Below the pieces are notes generated by a model. It searched no databases and was not told the DNA's origin. It worked only from the letters and a program-made list of their open reading frames with translations. The position numbers were made by a program, and so were the translations under genes. From Actinomycetes bacterium (GTDB lineage: Bacteria; Actinomycetota; Acidimicrobiia; Acidimicrobiales; Bog-793), in assembly GCA_021794645.1 (NCBI GenBank), contig JAJYQK010000038.1, forward strand, positions 1-37,860: a stretch of 37,860 bases of DNA, read 5' to 3'. Within the stretch, counting starts at the first letter, position 1; each line of letters begins with the position of its first letter. This document shows positions 35,155-37,860 of this stretch, one piece after another.

Positions 35155-35369
35155 AACCCTTTTCCCTTCCCCGACAGACCAGCTTGATAACGAGGTGCTG
35201 GCCAGGTTGCTGCTCGGCCGTCTGTCGAGGGGCGCTCAGGGGAACGGCCCGGCTGCAGGTGCCCGGCAGGATGACGCAAGCGCGGACCAGAAAGTGCTTT
35301 CCTCAGCTCCAAGGAAGCTCTATGTTTCCCCTCAACCTGCGCTGAGCAGGCGAAGAAGGGGGGTGGCCC

Positions 35370-36191
35370 ATGAGGCGCTTCATCAGGTTGTCCGGCATTG
35401 CCTCTCTCCTCCTCGGTGCGATGCTCCTGCTGCCCTCGCCGGCCGGGGCGGCGAGCCACAGCCCGAGCACCCTGTCGCGAGGACCCGCTCACCTGATCGG
35501 CCGGCAGCTGGGCCATGCCATCAACAACGACACGGTCACCTCGACGAACTGGGGCGGGTACGCCGTGCAGTCGGCCAGCCAGTTCACCGACGTGAAGGGA
35601 ACATGGGTGGAGCCGAGCGTCACCTGCCCGAGCCATAGCTCCCAGTACGCCGCCTTCTGGATCGGCATCGACGGCTACTCCTCGGACTCGGTGGAGCAGA
35701 TCGGCACGGACTCCGACTGCAACGGCAAGAACAAGCCCTCGTACTACGCCTGGTACGAGATGTACCCGGCAGCGTCGGTCTCCTTGTCGACGAGCCAGTA
35801 CCCGGTCAAGCCCGGCGACACCCTCAGCGCAGAGGTCTCCGTCTCCGGCTCGCAGTTCACCCTTTCGATATCGAGCAGCGAGGGCTGGAGCTTCTCGACG
35901 ACCCAGACCGGTTCTGGCCTTGCCCAGTCCTCGGCCGAGTGGATCGCGGAGTCGCCCGAGCTCTGCAGGGCCCACCGCTGCAGCCTCGCCCAGCTGGCCG
36001 ACTACGGCAGCGTCGGCTTCACCTCCGCCGAGGCGGCAGCCGGCGGCACCGACCAGCCCATCTCGGCCTTCACAGCCGACGGCGGCCCGCACGAGATCAT
36101 CTGTGAGACCTCGAGCGGCTTCGTGCGCGAGCAGCCGTCTGCACTCGGGAGCGGTGGAGACAACTTCACGATCACCTGGGAGCACGACTGA
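35370..36191 (+). CDS. Secreted family G1 glutamic peptidase (eqolisin / peptidase A4)
   Basis: Signal and pro-peptide, STNWGGY, WIGIDG, EQIGT (catalytic Gln), AWYE and SSAEWIAESP (catalytic Glu). Confidence 0.92.
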   Translation: MRRFIRLSGIASLLLGAMLLLPSPAGAASHSPSTLSRGPAHLIGRQLGHAINNDTVTSTNWGGYAVQSASQFTDVKGTWVEPSVTCPSHSSQYAAFWIGIDGYSSDSVEQIGTDSDCNGKNKPSYYAWYEMYPAASVSLSTSQYPVKPGDTLSAEVSVSGSQFTLSISSSEGWSFSTTQTGSGLAQSSAEWIAESPELCRAHRCSLAQLADYGSVGFTSAEAAAGGTDQPISAFTADGGPHEIICETSSGFVREQPSALGSGGDNFTITWEHD

Positions 36192-36212
36192 CCATCGACT
36201 AGGACGAGGCGC

Positions 36213-36242
36213 GAGGAGGGGGCGGCGAGCCGCCCCCTCCTC
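36213..36242 (+). terminator. Intrinsic terminator-like hairpin after the G1 peptidase gene
   Basis: 13-bp perfect stem GAGGAGGGGGCGG / CCGCCCCCTCCTC with a CGAG loop, followed by TTCT. Confidence 0.7.
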
Positions 36243-36380
36243 TTCTCGCCGGTCCCTTTGGCTGGCGGCGCGGCCCCCCTCCAGAACCTGGTCGCAACTT
36301 GCTCGGCCCGGGGCCGCAAGCCGACGGCGCGGCCGAGCACAGGCGCTGTCAGCGAGCTTTCGCTCGGACAGAATGAGCCG

Positions 36381-37175
36381 ATGACTGGATTGCCCGACGC
36401 GTTCTCGCTTGCTGGTCGGCATGCCCTCGTCACCGGGGCGGGGAGCCCGACGGGCATCGGCTTTGCCTGCGCCCGGTTGCTCGGCCGCCTAGGGGCATCG
36501 GTGACGGTGACGGCCACGAGCGACAGGGTGCACGAACGCCGGGAAGAGCTCATCCGGGAAGGCATCGCGGCGAGCTCTGTCACCGGCGACCTCACGCTCG
36601 AGCCGGATGTGGCCCGCGTCGTGGCAACCGCCTCCTCGGAGCAGGCCGTGACGATCCTCGTCAACAACGCCGGCATGGTCTCCATCTCGAGCGAGGCGGC
36701 CTCAGGTGACGTCGTCGCGATGCCCCTCGCCGAGTGGCGGGCGGAGCTCGACAGGGAGGTGACGACGGCCTTCCTCTGTGCCAAGGGCGTCGTTCCGCAG
36801 ATGCTTTCGACGGGATGGGGGCGAGTGGTGAACGTCTCATCGGTCACCGGGCCGGTGGCGGCCATGGCCGACGACGTCGCCTATGCAGCAGGGAAGGCTG
36901 CCATGGTGGGCCTCACAAGAGCGCTCGGGCTGGACCTGGCGCGGGCTGGGGTGACGGTCAACGCCGTCGCACCGGGCTGGATCGAGACCGGTTCCTCCCT
37001 CCCCAAGGAGCTCGAGCTCGGAAAGGGCACCCCTGTGGGGCGCTCGGGCTCCGCCGATGAAGTGGCCTCTGCCGTCGCCTGGCTCGCCTCTCCCGGCGCC
37101 AGCTATGTCACCGGCCAGCTGATCGTGGTCGACGGCGGCAACCTCATCGCCGAGGAGCGCTACGTGCGCCCGTAA
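36381..37175 (+). CDS. SDR family oxidoreductase (FabG-like)
   Basis: Motifs TGAGSPTGIG, LVNNAG, VSSVTG, YAAGKAA and NAVAPGWI. Start trimmed to ATG 36381. Confidence 0.92.
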   Translation: MTGLPDAFSLAGRHALVTGAGSPTGIGFACARLLGRLGASVTVTATSDRVHERREELIREGIAASSVTGDLTLEPDVARVVATASSEQAVTILVNNAGMVSISSEAASGDVVAMPLAEWRAELDREVTTAFLCAKGVVPQMLSTGWGRVVNVSSVTGPVAAMADDVAYAAGKAAMVGLTRALGLDLARAGVTVNAVAPGWIETGSSLPKELELGKGTPVGRSGSADEVASAVAWLASPGASYVTGQLIVVDGGNLIAEERYVRP

Positions 37176-37246
37176 GGGTCTAAAAGTCCCGTGGGGCGGT
37201 GATTCCTGGCATCGGGACGGTAGGTCGCCCCACTGCTGTGGGGGGT

Positions 37247-37582
37247 CTAACCCCAAAAGACGCCGGTGGGGTCCTCGTCGAGCTCGTGGATGAGTACGTC
37301 GATGGGTTGCTTCGGGTCGAGATCGAAGTAGAGCGTCCAGCCTCCGTAGCGGTCGCCGAAGTAGAGCGTCCAGAGGCCGTCGCCGTCGTAGCGGAGCCTG
37401 GCGATGGCACTCGAGGTCCACTCGCTGACGCCCGTCCACGGCGGTCGGCGCTCGTCGACGTCGACGTACCTACCGTGAACCGTTACCTCGAGGCGGACCT
37501 TGTCCCGCACGCGCCTAGGCAGGCGCTCCTCACAGAAATGCTTGATCCTCGCGACGTCGATGTCGGGCAGGACCACCGGCAC
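37247..37582 (-). CDS. DUF3024 domain protein
   Basis: LPDIDVARI, ERRPPW, IARLRY...WTLY and ELDEDPTGVFWG. TAACTT lies 7 nt before the GTG. Confidence 0.85.
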   Translation of the reverse strand: MPVVLPDIDVARIKHFCEERLPRRVRDKVRLEVTVHGRYVDVDERRPPWTGVSEWTSSAIARLRYDGDGLWTLYFGDRYGGWTLYFDLDPKQPIDVLIHELDEDPTGVFWG

Positions 37583-37742
37583 CCGCCCGAAGTTAGAAGC
37601 TCAAGCAGGGCGAGGGATGACTTGGCAGACAGACCGCTGAGTGCTTTCACTCGGCGCAGCCGCCAACGAGGTCTCCCATAGATAGCGCCGCTTGGCGACA
37701 TGCCACTCGTCGTGGACCTCGGGTCAGAGACGATGTAAGGAC

Positions 37743-37860
37743 CTAGTGTCCTGTCAGGTTGTTTCGGTTAGAAATTCTCGATGGGGAGGAATTTCTCTCC
37801 TCCAGTTCGCGTTCTGCGGTCTTGTCAGCCAAGATCGGAGGAACGCCATGGCACCCAGAG
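37743..37860 (+). mobile_element. Probable left end of an insertion sequence (IS630/IS5-like) with the start of a transposase-like ORF
   Basis: CTAG followed by TGTCCTGTCAGG, a drop in GC content, and SD GGAGGA plus ATG at 37848 (MAPR...) running off the window. Confidence 0.4.

Noticed and set aside
36290-36345. GGGCCGCAAGCC resembling part of a c-di-GMP-I riboswitch
   Set aside because: It lacks the GCAAAC...GAAA tetraloop arm and its receptor, so it is probably an ordinary GC-rich hairpin.

Overview
High-GC actinobacterial chromosomal window, Acidimicrobiia-like by gene content (inference). From left to right it holds: an acyl-CoA carboxylase pair plus a TIGR03084 protein; DUF1360, a proline iminopeptidase and ligC; small membrane genes; a class II aldolase; and a ~25 kb minus-strand run. 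That run is LIV-type ABC transporter, TetR, CocE/NonD lipoprotein acylase, glnA4-type gamma-glutamylation cluster, flavodoxin, pgsA2/cls, ManC-PMM fusion, gcvH, garA, ftsR, HPRT-like, DUF151, MerR (Rv1830-like), PD-(D/E)XK-like ORF, gcvT-gcvPA-gcvPB and TIGR03086, interrupted only by an antisense 2H phosphoesterase gene. The right end has an IPT/TIG membrane protein, a secreted G1 glutamic peptidase, an SDR, DUF3024 and a probable IS end. The best leads are: (i) a degenerate HPRT and a variant nuclease-like ORF inserted into the conserved gcvH-garA-ftsR-DUF151-Rv1830-gcvP cluster; (ii) a densely structured intergenic segment at 17064-17227 with complementary hairpin loops; (iii) a possible acyl-amide/ethanolamine to glycine to glycine-cleavage pathway; (iv) many leaderless-type promoters. 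All family calls come from motif recognition by eye, and no searches were run.
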